This document shows, in pieces, positions 13,102 through 23,831 of a DNA stretch of 64,000 nt; positions within the stretch are counted from its first letter, which is position 1, and each line of letters opens with the position of its first letter. This DNA is from Octopus sinensis (taxonomy: Eukaryota), in NCBI RefSeq assembly GCF_006345805.1, contig NC_042997.1:185938001-186002000 (forward strand), in the 5' to 3' direction. Under the pieces are notes generated by a model. That model saw only the letters and a list, made by a program, of their open reading frames with translations, was not told the origin of the DNA and ran no database searches. The translations under genes and the position numbers were made by a program.

Positions 13102-13320
13102 TCGCCATTTTGATTCGCTAGCTTCTGCACGTAGTTTTTGTTCTCTCCTTGTTTCTCTCCGTGTTTCTTTTCTGTGTATCTTTCTGTTGAAGAGCGTAGA
13201 CTCGAAACGTAAAAGACTTGTTTTATTTATATTCCTGAGCGCCATACAAATACAATTGTTTGTTTGTATTCCACCTGCCTTCGTCTTTTGTTTATTTTCA
13301 TAAAGCTTCCCGTTATATAT
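13102..13320 (+). repeat. Penelope pseudo-LTR, upstream copy (family 1)
   Basis: About 220-bp direct repeat of 15320-15533; bounded by (TA)n on both sides. Confidence 0.85.
13179..13216 (+). ncRNA. Minimal type I hammerhead ribozyme motif, variant core CUGUUGA
   Basis: TCTTT-CTGTTGA-A-GAG(CGTAGA)CTC-GAAA-C-GTA-AAAGA. Helix I is TCTTT/AAAGA, helix II is GAG/CTC, helix III is the palindrome ACGT, and the cleavage triplet is GUA. Confidence 0.6.
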
Positions 13321-13322
13321 AT

Positions 13323-14520
13323 ACTCTGAACTGCTTCTCGTTCGCGGGCGAGTTCTACCATCAGGTCTCGGGAGTGGCCATGGGAACGCGAATGGGCCCC
13401 AACTATGCGAACCTGTTCGTTGGCTATGTTGAGGCCCAAATATTCTCTAATTTCACTGGTCCCCTCCTGAACTATATGGTCGTTACATTGACGACATTAT
13501 CGGTGCCACCTCACTCTCCCGCGAACATCTAGATTCTTCCTCTCTTTGTTTCGTCCAATCTTTCCATCCAGCCCTCCACTTCACTTCCACTATCTCCAAC
13601 ACCTCTGTCTCCTTCCTCGACATTTCGGTTAGCATTCTTCACTCCACTCTTACCACCTCCATTCACTACAAACACACAGACTCACACTCATACCTCAACT
13701 TCTCTTCCTCCCACCCAGAACACACCAAGCTTTCCATCCCCTATTCCCAATTCCTCCGTCTACGTAGGCTCTATAGTGACGACCATGACTTTGAGACTCA
13801 GTCTCAACGTATGGCTCACCACTTCACCCTACGTGGATACCCCTTCACCACTATCCACACCGCCCTTGCCAGAGCACGGTCCGTCGACCGTGTATCTGCT
13901 CTCTCTCCCCGAACCCGCCTGTAGTCTCCCGCCTCCCTTTTCCCCTCACTTACCACCCACGACCCTACGTCTCCAACGCACCATTCTTCGAGCTTTCCGT
14001 CATCTCCAGTCCGACCCGTCCACTTCACACCTCTTCCCTAACCGACCCCTCCCCTCTTTCAAAAGCCCACAACCTTCGAGACCTTTTGGTCCATAGCTCC
14101 TTCCTGGACCCTAACCCTACCTCCCACCCGGCTCGTTCCCCTGCTCCCGCCCACGTTGCCGCACTTGCCCTTACCTCTCCAACACCACCCGCCTCACTAG
14201 CACCCACCATCGACCCTATCCCATCATCCACTCCTTCACCTGCACCTCCAGCAATATTATCTATTGCATCTCTTGCTCTCTCTGCAATTCCTTGTACATC
14301 GGACAAACGGGACGCCGCTTGGCTGACCGGTTCGCGGAACACCTTCGTGACATCCACCTTGCGAACGACACACCGGTCTCACGCCATTTCCGCTCCACCG
14401 GTCACTCCTTGCAACACTATCTGTGTTCGGTTTGTCCTTACACAGAGGCCATCCGGATTCCCGTTTGCGCCGTGAACAGGAATTAATCTTCTCTCTTCGC
14501 TCTTATACGCCATTTGGTCT
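13323..14520 (+). pseudogene. Penelope-like retrotransposon ORF: C-terminal reverse transcriptase plus GIY-YIG endonuclease, 5'-truncated and frameshifted
   Basis: YHQVSGVAMGTRMGPNYANLFVG; RYIDD (YIDD at 13484-13495); FLDI; YKHTDSHSYL; SIPYSQFLRLRR; Cys linker CSRPRCRTCPY; FTCTSSNIIYCISCSLC..LYIGQTGRRLADRFAEH. The Cys-rich linker suggests a Neptune-type element. Confidence 0.93.
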
Positions 14521-15319
14521 CACTCTCCCCAACCTCCCCTCTCCCCCCCTCCTCATCTAACCCCCTCTCCTCCCCCCTCCTCACCTATCCTTCCCCCCGA
14601 CCCCTACTTCTTCAGTCCTTCATCTTCATTCTCTCCTTCACCCCTACTCCCCTTCCCTTCTTCCTCTTTCTTCTCCTCTTCCCCTTCCCTCTGCTCCTCA
14701 CTCCCTCTCTCCCCTTCTCCTCCCTCCTCTCCCCTCTCCCTCTTTCCTCCTTCATCCCCCTCCTCCCCCCATCCTCTCCTCTTCCCCCTCTCCTCCCCCT
14801 CTTCTTCCCCCCTCCCCTTCTCTCCCCCCTCTTCTCCCCTCCCCCCTCCCTCTTCTCCTCACACACCACATGACTTTACATCACATCACATATGATGTGC
14901 CATACTAATACACACACCAACTAATACATACTAATACGTACTAATACATACTAGTACATACTAATACTACACCAACCCTATACATACACACGTCCAGACC
15001 CCGCATACGCACTTATACTCTCTCATACACACACACACTTATACATACCAATACGTACTAATACTACTAATACATACTATACATACACCAACCCCATACA
15101 TACGCACGTCCAGACCAATCCTACGCACTAATACTCTCTCATACACACACACACCACCCTTATACATACTAATACATACACCAACCCTATACATACACAC
15201 ATCCAGACCCCTCCTACGCACTATTAGCTGGTCCCTCAACCCTTTTATCAACCTTATTATCTCCCCTTATCTCGCTCTCGCGTCTCATGTTTGATCTTTG
15301 ACCTCTGGCCGAAATCAGA

Positions 15320-15533
15320 TCGCCATGTTGATTCGTTAGCTACTGCACGCATTTTTTTTCTCTCCTTCTTTCTGTGTTTTTCTCTCTCTGTGTATTTTTC
15401 TGTTGAAGAGCGTAGACTCGAAACGTTAAAGACTTGTTTTATTTATATTTCCTGAGCGCCATACTAATACAATTGTTCGTTTGTTTTCCACCTGCCTTCG
15501 TCTTTTGTTTATTTTCATAAAGCTTCCCGTTAT
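15320..15533 (+). repeat. Penelope pseudo-LTR, downstream copy, with hammerhead motif at 15395-15432
   Basis: Direct repeat of 13102-13320; TTTTT-CTGTTGA-A-GAGCGTAGACTC-GAAAC-GTT-AAAGA. Confidence 0.85.
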
Positions 15534-15766
15534 ATATATATATATATATATATAATATACGCACACAGACAGACATACTTAAATCCATGCACACATACAT
15601 AAATAGGTACATATATATATATATAGAGAGAGAGACATGTGCATGCACACATATAAAGGTATACATATATACATATATGTATATACATAAATGCATATAT
15701 ATATATATATATATATATAGTGTGCGATGTTCTTTCTCTGTCTTCTCTTCTTTGGCCTTTTTCCAT

Positions 15767-15801
15767 ATTTCTGACGAAGAGCTCCGCTCGAAACGTTAAA
15801 T
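15767..15801 (+). ncRNA. Minimal type I hammerhead ribozyme (canonical CUGACGA core)
   Basis: ATTT-CTGACGA-A-GAGC(TCC)GCTC-GAAA-C-GTT-AAAT; helix I is ATTT/AAAT. Confidence 0.7.
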
Positions 15802-15967
15802 CCTCATTCTTCTCTTTCCTTTCCTGAGCGTCCAATAACACTATACTTGTTCCACGTCCTAGCGTTGTTGTTTTTTCTTGCTTGTTCATGTTTGGATTGA
15901 TCCGCGTGTGTATCGTTGGTGATTTGTTTCCACCGTCTTCCCTTCCTTGGATCTTTCCTTTTTCTAG

Positions 15968-16003
15968 GTTTCTGACGAAGTGCTCCGCTCGAAACGTTAA
16001 ATT
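15968..16003 (+). ncRNA. Minimal type I hammerhead ribozyme (second copy)
   Basis: GTTT-CTGACGA-A-GTGC(TCC)GCTC-GAAA-C-GTT-AAATT; one mismatch in helix II. Confidence 0.62.
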
Positions 16004-16684
16004 CTCCTGCTTTCTTTCCTTTCCTGAGCGTCCAATAACACTATACTTGTTCCGTGTACTCACGTTGTTGTGCTTTCTCTTTGTTCATGTTTGGATTAAC
16101 TATATATATATATATACATTCGTATATGTGGTGGGGGATAGGAAAAAGGGAGGCACTTTAACGCATTTAGTGGATGTTACATACATTGTTACTTAAAACA
16201 GGATGATACAGCCCCATGCAGCTTAAAGTTTCGTAGAGACCTTACAGAAAAGTTAACCTGAACCTAACGAGAAAGGTTTCTGTAAGGGGCCTACATGGGG
16301 TCGGATCAAGCAGTTTTATGTAGTAATTGGCGATATGCGCATGTCTGATCAGGAGAAGAAGTAGTAGGGAGCACCATAACCTTGCGGTGAGAGGAATTCT
16401 TTGGGATTTGGATAATTCACCTTCGAAACCATGCGTGTCTTGTTCATCATCCTTAAAAAAAACCTTATTCAGGGACCTTTTTGAAAATTGTAACTGGGCC
16501 TCACCTGCAAGGTCATGCACTGTTTATCTTGATATAAGATCACCCTGTCGCGCACATATGGATATGATGCATGTGCCTGGTGTACCTTTATCAGACGGGT
16601 AGTCATGATGGGTATATTGGGCTTCGTATATTTTACTTCAGTATCCTTTTGATGGCACCCGCTGCTCTCTCACAAAATAATAAT

Positions 16685-16721
<37 letters not shown>

Positions 16722-16949
16722 ACGACGATGACGACGATGATGATGATGATGATGATGATCCTTTCTGGTATAGTACAAGGCCACAAACTTTGTAGAAGGG
16801 GGCTTGTCGATTGCATGGAATCCAGTGTCCAATTGGTATTTGTTTTATCGGCCCGAGTGGATGAACGGCAAAATTGACCACGGTGGAATTTGATCTTAAA
16901 ACGCAATGACAGACGAAATGACTTCGGTCTTTGTGCGATACGTGTTACT

Positions 16950-17125
16950 TTCCCCTTAGCCCAAGTTTGGGTGAGGGGTTAAGTCTATTATCTCGACTCC
17001 AATGTTCAAACGGTGCATATTTTATCGAAACTGGAAACTGTAAAGATGAAAGGCAAAGTCGACCACGGCGAAATTTGAATTCAGAGCGTAAATGACAGTT
17101 GAAATGATAACGATTCCGTCAGCTT
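16950..17125 (-). mobile_element. SINE family A, diverged
   Basis: GATGAAAGGCAAAGTCGACCACGGCGAAATTTGAATTCAG. Confidence 0.75.
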
Positions 17126-17164
17126 GTATATATATATATATATAGTATATATATATATATATAC

Positions 17165-17309
17165 GTGGTCCCGTGACTTAGCGGTTCGGCAAAAGAGCCC
17201 GATAGTATAAGTACTAGGCTTACAAAGAATAAGTCCTGGAGTCAATTTGCTTGATTAAAGGCGGCACTCCAGCATGGCCGCTGTCACATTACTGAAACAA
17301 GTAAAAGAG

Positions 17310-17310
<1 letters not shown>
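17165..17310 (+). mobile_element. SINE family B, 3' half
   Basis: CTTAGCGGTTCGGCAAAAGAG...CCAGCATGGCCG tail. Confidence 0.8.
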
Positions 17311-17340
<30 letters not shown>

Positions 17341-17889
17341 CAAATTCTAAACCCACCAGAGGTCGGACACTGCCTTCTATATGTCATATATTCTTAATGT
17401 TTCCCTATTTCCAGTATCATCAAATTCTTTTTAAACACGTATCTCTGCTAACCCAGACACATAAATTCTTTTCTATTTCCATGCATGTGGTGAGTGAACC
17501 CCGAGGTCAGTAGAGCTCCGGGTTAAAACGATTTGCAGCATTTTACCACATCCGAGGTCGATGAATTAAGTGCCTCACGCATTATGGGGCCTATATATAT
17601 CGAACTAGTTCTTCATACGAACAATTTCCAACCATTGTACCATATGTGGGAAAGCAATATTTACATATTTATTTCATTTTTGTTTTTTTTTTGTATTTCT
17701 CGGTAAATCTTATTCAAATTTTATTTTTATTTTTTCATTTGCGTTCCAGTTTTCTGCAAAAAAAAGAAAAAAAGGCAGAATTTGAAATATATTCTGTACA
17801 TATTTAGGGAAATGCTTTTTTTTATATGTTTTCTTTTTATATATTATTTGGCTTTCCACTTGTTTTGTCTTCTTTTTGGATATTTATTC

Positions 17890-17921
<32 letters not shown>

Positions 17922-18802
17922 CATTATTATTATTATCATTATTGTTGTTGTTGTTGCTGTTGTTTTTGCTGTTGTTATTTTTTGCTTTTCGTTTTTGTTC
18001 TTCGGTGCTCCCCCCCCCACACCCCACGACTACCCTCCCACGCCACACATCTGGCTTCTCTTTGATATGCTAAAAATGCCCAGTCGCGGGATTGATGAGA
18101 TATGGAAACTGTTGGGGGGTGATGATGACGACGATGATGATGATGATGACGACGATGATGATGACGACGACGACGACGACGACGATGATGATGATGATGA
18201 TGATGATGATGGTAGTGGCGGCGGCGGTGATGGTAGGTGTAATGGAGGTTGACGGAGCAGTAGTAGTAGTGCAGGGTGTGGTGGGGTGAGAAAATGTCGG
18301 ATTTAAAGGAAAGGAAAGACCAAGCTAATTTATATGTTAGTCCTTATTACATATATTTCCATTTCAGAAAAACCATATGCTAGTGCTACCATTACCGCTG
18401 CCACCACCACCAGCACCGCCGCCACCGCCGCCACCATCGCCATCGCCGCTGCTCCTGCTGCTGCCGTGACCGCGCTGCAGCATAGAGGAAATATATATTT
18501 TTTTTATGTAAATTGTACAGGAACATAAATGATGGCCTATAAGGGTTCTGATGGGGGTTTTGCACAGAATACGATTATTTGTTTCGTTGATTTTTGGTTG
18601 GTATTTTTAGCCATTTTTATTCTATACTTTAAAAATACTTATCATGTTATAACCCTCTTTACTATGTGTGTGTGTGAGTGTGTGTACGTGCGTGTATGTG
18701 TGGACTTACATATGTATACGTATATACATATTTATATATGTTTATGTACCTACGTATATGTATGAAAGATGTGTGTATATATATATGTGTGTGGTGTATG
18801 TG

Positions 18803-18833
<31 letters not shown>

Positions 18834-18941
18834 ATATATATATAATATATATATATATATACATGCATAAAAACATATGACTAAATATATTCAAGCGGTT
18901 TATATATATAAATTTATTATACATACCATACATACATACAA

Positions 18942-18980
<39 letters not shown>

Positions 18981-19153
18981 TAAATATAAATAGATCTATA
19001 AGCCTATATATAGATATAACTATATATATGTATATATCTGTGTGTATATATATATATATACACACATACATACACACACATATATATAAATACATACACA
19101 AAATCATGTCATTACTAAATATATTCAAGTGTCTATATATCTATGCATATGAA

Positions 19154-19527
19154 TCTCTCTCTATATAAACGGCAGTTTGTCTGTTGCGTGTTTCTGTGTG
19201 TCGTTTTCTCGTACCCTCACCGTGACCATGGCTTTCAACCGATTCTGATGAAACTTGACACACACATAGCCCAAGTCATAATTCAAAACTAACGCAGCGA
19301 AAATTTGAAAAGTTGCCCCAGTTCTGAAAAAAATCGATAAATTCGACATGGGGTCGAGAATAAAAAAAACAAACCACAGACTGTCTAGGGGACGCAACTC
19401 AACCTTTTTACTTCTCAAAAAAAAAATTTACCATCATTTTTTTTCCATTTTTTTGCTATAACTCTCTAAAAATGCTTTATAGCTATTTCCCTTAACAAAC
19501 CTGAGCAACGCCGGGCGATACTGCTAG
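19154..19527 (+). mobile_element. Non-autonomous Helitron
   Basis: Starts with TC after an A (19153). Ends with a subterminal hairpin (CCTGAGCAACGCCGGG) and CTAG before a T (19528), matching the A|TC...CTAG|T Helitron signature. Confidence 0.8.
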
Positions 19528-19746
19528 TAATATATATATGCAAGGCTATATATAGAATAACAATATATATGTTATATGTATTATATGCATATTATATACA
19601 TATATATATATTTAAATAGATGTCTGAAGATTTTAAATTGCTATTAATCAAATTAATATTCAATTTTTACCCTTATTATTTAATTTTTAAATAGATAAAT
19701 AAATAAATAAATAAATAAATAGATAGATATAACGGAGGTAAGTATA

Positions 19747-19780
<34 letters not shown>

Positions 19781-19921
19781 TATAGAGTATAATAGTTATA
19801 GACATATATATATTTTATATATATAATATACATATATATGTATTATGTATATGTTGTATGTATGATTGCATGTGTGATAATGTATGATGTATATATATAT
19901 TATATATTATATATAATATGT

Positions 19922-19959
<38 letters not shown>

Positions 19960-20417
19960 TGTGTGTACGTATGTATGTATGTATGTATGTATGTATGTAT
20001 GTAGTATGTAGTATGTATGTATGTATGTATATATTCTATTATTCGTTTCAGCATGCGGTTACGGTTAAGCTGTAGCAACACAGTGATTTTATAATTTTCC
20101 TTATCTTTCCTCTTTGGCTAATTTCTTGTTTACACAGGGTAATAGAGATGTCGGTCCTGAATATTGTTAGGGTAAGGGCCCATCGAAGTTTCGCTTCCTC
20201 TTCCGGTTCTCCTACAATTTCTTTAATTACGTACTTCCGAGGAAGTATGGGTGCCACTAAAGAAATCCATTTCGAGTATTGTTTCCGCATACTTTTCGCA
20301 TTTATATGCATTCCAAAAGTATTGGTTCTTATGTTAAGAGATTTTTTTCAATGCTTGCCGCATTTCTTTTCTTTTTCGGTGTGTTTCATTTTCCAGATTT
20401 CTTCCGCTTATTTCAGA

Positions 20418-20856
20418 CTAGCAGCATAGCCCAGCGTTGCCCGGGTATATAAGAGCCCCTAGTAGGCAACGACTAATCCCAATCTAGTCCTTTCCCTCTA
20501 GGGAACGAAGGCGCATGTGTAGGTTGCAATGTCTTCCCTTCACTCGAATACTTCTGTGTATACGATGTTCCTAGCTGTCCCTTTGGGTGATAAAAAGGTC
20601 GAGTTGTGTCCCCTAGACAGAAAATGTGTTGCATATAAAAAGCTTAGATTCTCGACTCCATATCGAATTTATCGATTTTTTCAGAACTGGGGGAAGTTTT
20701 CAAAATTTTCGCTGCGTTAGTTTTGAATTATGACATTGGGCTATGTGTGTGTCAAGTTTCATCAGAATCGGTTGAAAGCTGTGGTCAGGGTGAGGGTAAA
20801 ACCTGACAGACACACTGACACACAGACAGACAAACTGCCGTTTATATATAGAGAGA
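20418..20856 (-). mobile_element. Non-autonomous Helitron, same family, inverted
   Basis: The minus strand begins TCTCTCTATATATAAACGGCAGTTTGTCTG and ends CCCGGGCAACGCTGGGCTATGCTGCTAG|T. It shares GATTCTGATGAAACTTGACACACACATAGCCCAA with 19154-19527. Confidence 0.8.
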
Positions 20857-21159
20857 TATATCCAGGGCGGTTGTGGTAGGTTTTTTCTTGTAGACTTTAT
20901 AATTGTTGGTATAATTTCAGCTAGATTCATTCATTTCATTGTTTATATGTTCATTGATAAGATTTCTATTTCTTTTAAGATAGATGACTGTGTGTCCATC
21001 ATTGTGATGTAGGTTGATAGTTTCGATGAAATTTCCATTAGAATTTTTTCTGATTCTGTAAATTTTGTTTGTTGCTTTCCAGACATGTTGGCTTGTACAC
21101 AATAGAAATCTATATATACGCAAAGGGGTTTATATGATTTTCTTTTCTTTTTCTTTTTC

Positions 21160-21730
21160 TTGTTTCAGTAATTTGACTGCGGCCATGCTGGAGCACCGCC
21201 TTTTAGTCGAGCAAATCGACCCCGGGACTTATTCTTTTTGTAAGCCCAGTACTTATTCTATCGGTCTCTTTTTGCCGAACCGCTGTGTGTGTGTGTGTTG
21301 TGTGTGTATGTGTGTGTTTGTGTGTCTGTGTTTGACCCTCTAGCATTGCTTGATAACCGATGCTGATGTGTTTACGTCCGCCTCACTTAGCGGTTCGGCA
21401 AAAAGTGACCGATAGAATAAGTACTGGGCTTACAAAAAATAAGTCCCGGGGTCGATTTGCTCGACTAAAGGCGGTGCTCCAGCATGGCCGCAGTCAAATG
21501 ACTGAAACAAGAAAAAGAAAAGAAAAAGAAAATCACATATATATATATACGAGAGGGCTTCTTTCAGTTTCCGTCTACCAAATCCACTCACAAGGCATTG
21601 GTCGGCCCGGGGCTATAGCAGAAGACACTTGCCCAAGATGCACACGCCTGGGGGACTGCTGAACCGGAAACAATGTGGTTAGTTTAGTAAGCAAACTTAC
21701 CACCAGCCATCCTGCGCACACAGCCACTCC
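21160..21730. mobile_element. Cluster of SINE family B pieces: 3' part (-, 21160-21285), 3' half (+, 21290-21520), 5' half (-, 21550-21730)
   Basis: Matches to the family B head and tail in both orientations. Confidence 0.8.
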
Positions 21731-22189
21731 TGATTGTATATAGAAGAATATATTACTCAAAGTAATTCCAACTCTGTCTGCATTTCACGTTTATTTATAA
21801 ACTAATATTAAAATAAGATATAAAATAATATAGTAACAAGAAATGAAATGAAGTAGTAATTGTCTATTCTTATTGAACAAATGAAGTATTAAATGTCCAT
21901 TCTTATTGAACTAGTATACTTTCTTGCATTTATGCAAGCTTCAGCTTCATTGTTGGTGGTGACAGTTGTGATCATTGGTTTCAACTGTGGTTGACTGGTT
22001 AAACTGTGTCCTTTTATACATTCCTGTGGAGAAAAATAGTAGTTGCTTGGAACAGATGCTGGTGAAAGTTTTGAATGTGTTTTCGGAGATGTGGATTCCT
22101 AAATTAAATAACAAAATTAATAATCAATAATGAAAGTAAATAAACTAGTAAATAATTAATGTCGGCCGCCGGCCTGACATATGTAAATT

Positions 22190-22257
<68 letters not shown>

Positions 22258-22658
22258 TATAAGGGATATTAGCCAACCGAATATGGCTAGGGACGGGCAG
22301 GGTGGCAGGGTGGTGGGGGGTGGTTTGTCACTGTTGCATTTAGCCCCAGGCGAACATCAACGTCACCAGATAGGCCTGACGCCATCACGGCGTCCTCTAT
22401 CTTGCAAAGGGAGATCATCCACCAAGAAGCAGATACCACACACGGACCTAGGTTTCAAGGTGTATTGCCTATTATCAGCCCTGTCCCTAGCCATATTCGG
22501 TTGGCTAATATCCCTTATATTACGGAGCAGTCACTGTCTATATCTCATTTAGAGAATTATTATTGCTGTCGAACAGATTTTCGAAATCAGTAAATGTATT
22601 TACTTGAAAATCCTTATATATATCTTGCACAGTTGGTCGTTCATCGAGAAGCGATGCC

Positions 22659-22710
22659 TACCACACGTTGATAATAGGCAATACACCTGAAACCTAGGTC
22701 GTGTGTGGTA
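22659..22710 (+). ncRNA. Type I hammerhead ribozyme, unit 1 (two single-base deletions relative to unit 2)
   Basis: TACCACACG-TTGATAA-T-AGG(CAATACA)CCT-GAAA-CCTAGG-TC-GTGTGTGGTA. Confidence 0.55.
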
Positions 22711-23008
22711 TCTGCTTCTTGGTGGCTGATCTCCCTTTGCAGATAGAGGACGCCGTGATGGCGTCAGCCTATCTGGTGACGTTGATGTTCGCCTGGGGCT
22801 AAATGCAACAGTGACACCCCCACCACCCTGCCTGTCCCTAGCCATATTCGGTTGGCTAATATCCCTTATATTACGGAGCAGTCACTGTCTATATCTCATT
22901 TAGAGAATTATTATTGCTGTCGAACAGATTTTCGAAATCAGTAATGTATTTACTTGAAAATCCTTATATATATCTTGCACAGTTGGTCGTTCATCGAGAA
23001 GCGATGCC

Positions 23009-23062
23009 TACCACACGTTGATAATAGGCAATACACCTTGAAACCTAGGTCCGTGTGTGGTA
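23009..23062 (+). ncRNA. Type I hammerhead ribozyme, unit 2 (best copy; U3-A8 covariant core)
   Basis: TACCACACG-TTGATAA-T-AGG(CAATACA)CCT-T-GAAA-CCTAGG-TC|CGTGTGTGGTA. Helix I is ACACG/CGTGT plus TACC/GGTA around a 2-nt bulge; helix II is AGG/CCT; helix III is the palindrome ACCTAGGT; GUC cleavage falls after 23051. Confidence 0.72.
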
Positions 23063-23364
23063 TCTGCTTCTTGGTGGATGATCTCCCTTTGCAAGATAGA
23101 GGACGCCGTGATGGCGTCAGGCCTATCTGGTGACGTTGATGTTCGCCTGGGGCTAAATGCAACAGTGACACCCCCACCACCCTGCCCTGTCCCTAGCCAT
23201 ATTCGGTTGGCTAATATCCCTTATATTACGGAGCAGTCATTGTCTATATCACATTTAGAGAATTATTATTGCGGTCGAACAGATTTTCGAAATCAGTAAA
23301 TGTATTTACTTGAAATTCCTTATATATATCTTGCACAGTTGGTCGTTCATCGAGAAGCGATGCC

Positions 23365-23418
23365 TACCACACGTTGATAATAGGCAATACACCTTGAAAC
23401 CTAAGTCCGTGTGTGGTA
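23365..23418 (+). ncRNA. Type I hammerhead ribozyme, unit 3 (helix III mismatch ACCTAAGT)
   Basis: Same fold; predicted GUC cleavage after 23407. Confidence 0.6.
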
Positions 23419-23654
23419 TCTGCTTATTGGTGGATGATCTCCCTTTGCAAGATAGAGGACGCCGTGATGGCGTCAGGCCTATCTGGTGACGTTGATGTTC
23501 GCCTGGGGCTAAATGCAACAGTGACACCCCCACCACCCTGCCCTGTCCCTAGCCATATTCGGTTGGCTAATATCCCTTATATTACGGAGCAGTCACTGTC
23601 TATATCTCATTTAGAGAATTATTATTGCTATATATATATATATATATACATATA

Positions 23655-23828
23655 AAGGGAAAGTTTACAAAAATAAACAAAAGACGAAGGCAGGTGGTGT
23701 ACAAACAAACAAATGTATTAGTATAGCGCTCAGGAATAGAAAAAGTCTTTTACGTTTCGAGCCTACGCTTTTCCACAGAAAGATACACAGAAAAAACAAG
23801 GAGAGAAAAGAATGCGTGTAGTAGCTAA

Positions 23829-23831
<3 letters not shown>
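23655..23831 (-). repeat. Solo Penelope pseudo-LTR (family 1) with degenerate hammerhead
   Basis: The reverse complement matches 13102-13320; the core has decayed to CTGTGGAAAAGCGTAGGCTCGAAACGTAAAAGAC. Flanked by (TA)n. Confidence 0.8.

Larger units (their letters stand above)
13102..15533 (+). mobile_element. Penelope-like element (pLTR - truncated ORF - 3' UTR - pLTR) inserted in (TA)n
   Basis: The ORF lies between two matching pLTRs. The 3' UTR has a C/T-rich tract (14520-14860) and three degenerate ~110-bp repeats (about 14970, 15088, 15181). Confidence 0.9.
15721..16100 (+). mobile_element. Tandem dimer of a second Penelope-type pseudo-LTR (family 2), flanked by (TA)n
   Basis: Two ~190-200-bp units share CTGACGAAG(A/T)GCTCCGCTCGAAACGTTAAAT...CCTGAGCGTCCAATAACACTATACTTGTTCC...GTTCATGTTTGGATT. 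Confidence 0.75.
22257..23628 (+). mobile_element. ~356-bp tandem repeat with a hammerhead ribozyme in each unit (candidate non-LTR retrozyme): 3.2 direct units (22478-23628) preceded by an inverted partial unit (22257-22477)
   Basis: Near-identical units, for example CCCTAGCCATATTCGGTTGGCTAATATCCC recurring about every 351-356 bp; bounded by (TA)n on both sides. Confidence 0.8.

Noticed and set aside
22478-23628. CRISPR-like or HDV-like ribozyme interpretation of the array
   Set aside because: There are no unique spacers or cas genes. GGCTAA/GGCGAA motifs lack room for the HDV P1/P3/P1.1 nesting.
22283-23655. Recurrent 63-89 aa ORFs on both strands of the 356-bp array, including an HQEADT motif
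   Set aside because: Recurrence simply follows from the repeat; unit 1 indels break the frames and no recognisable domain is present.
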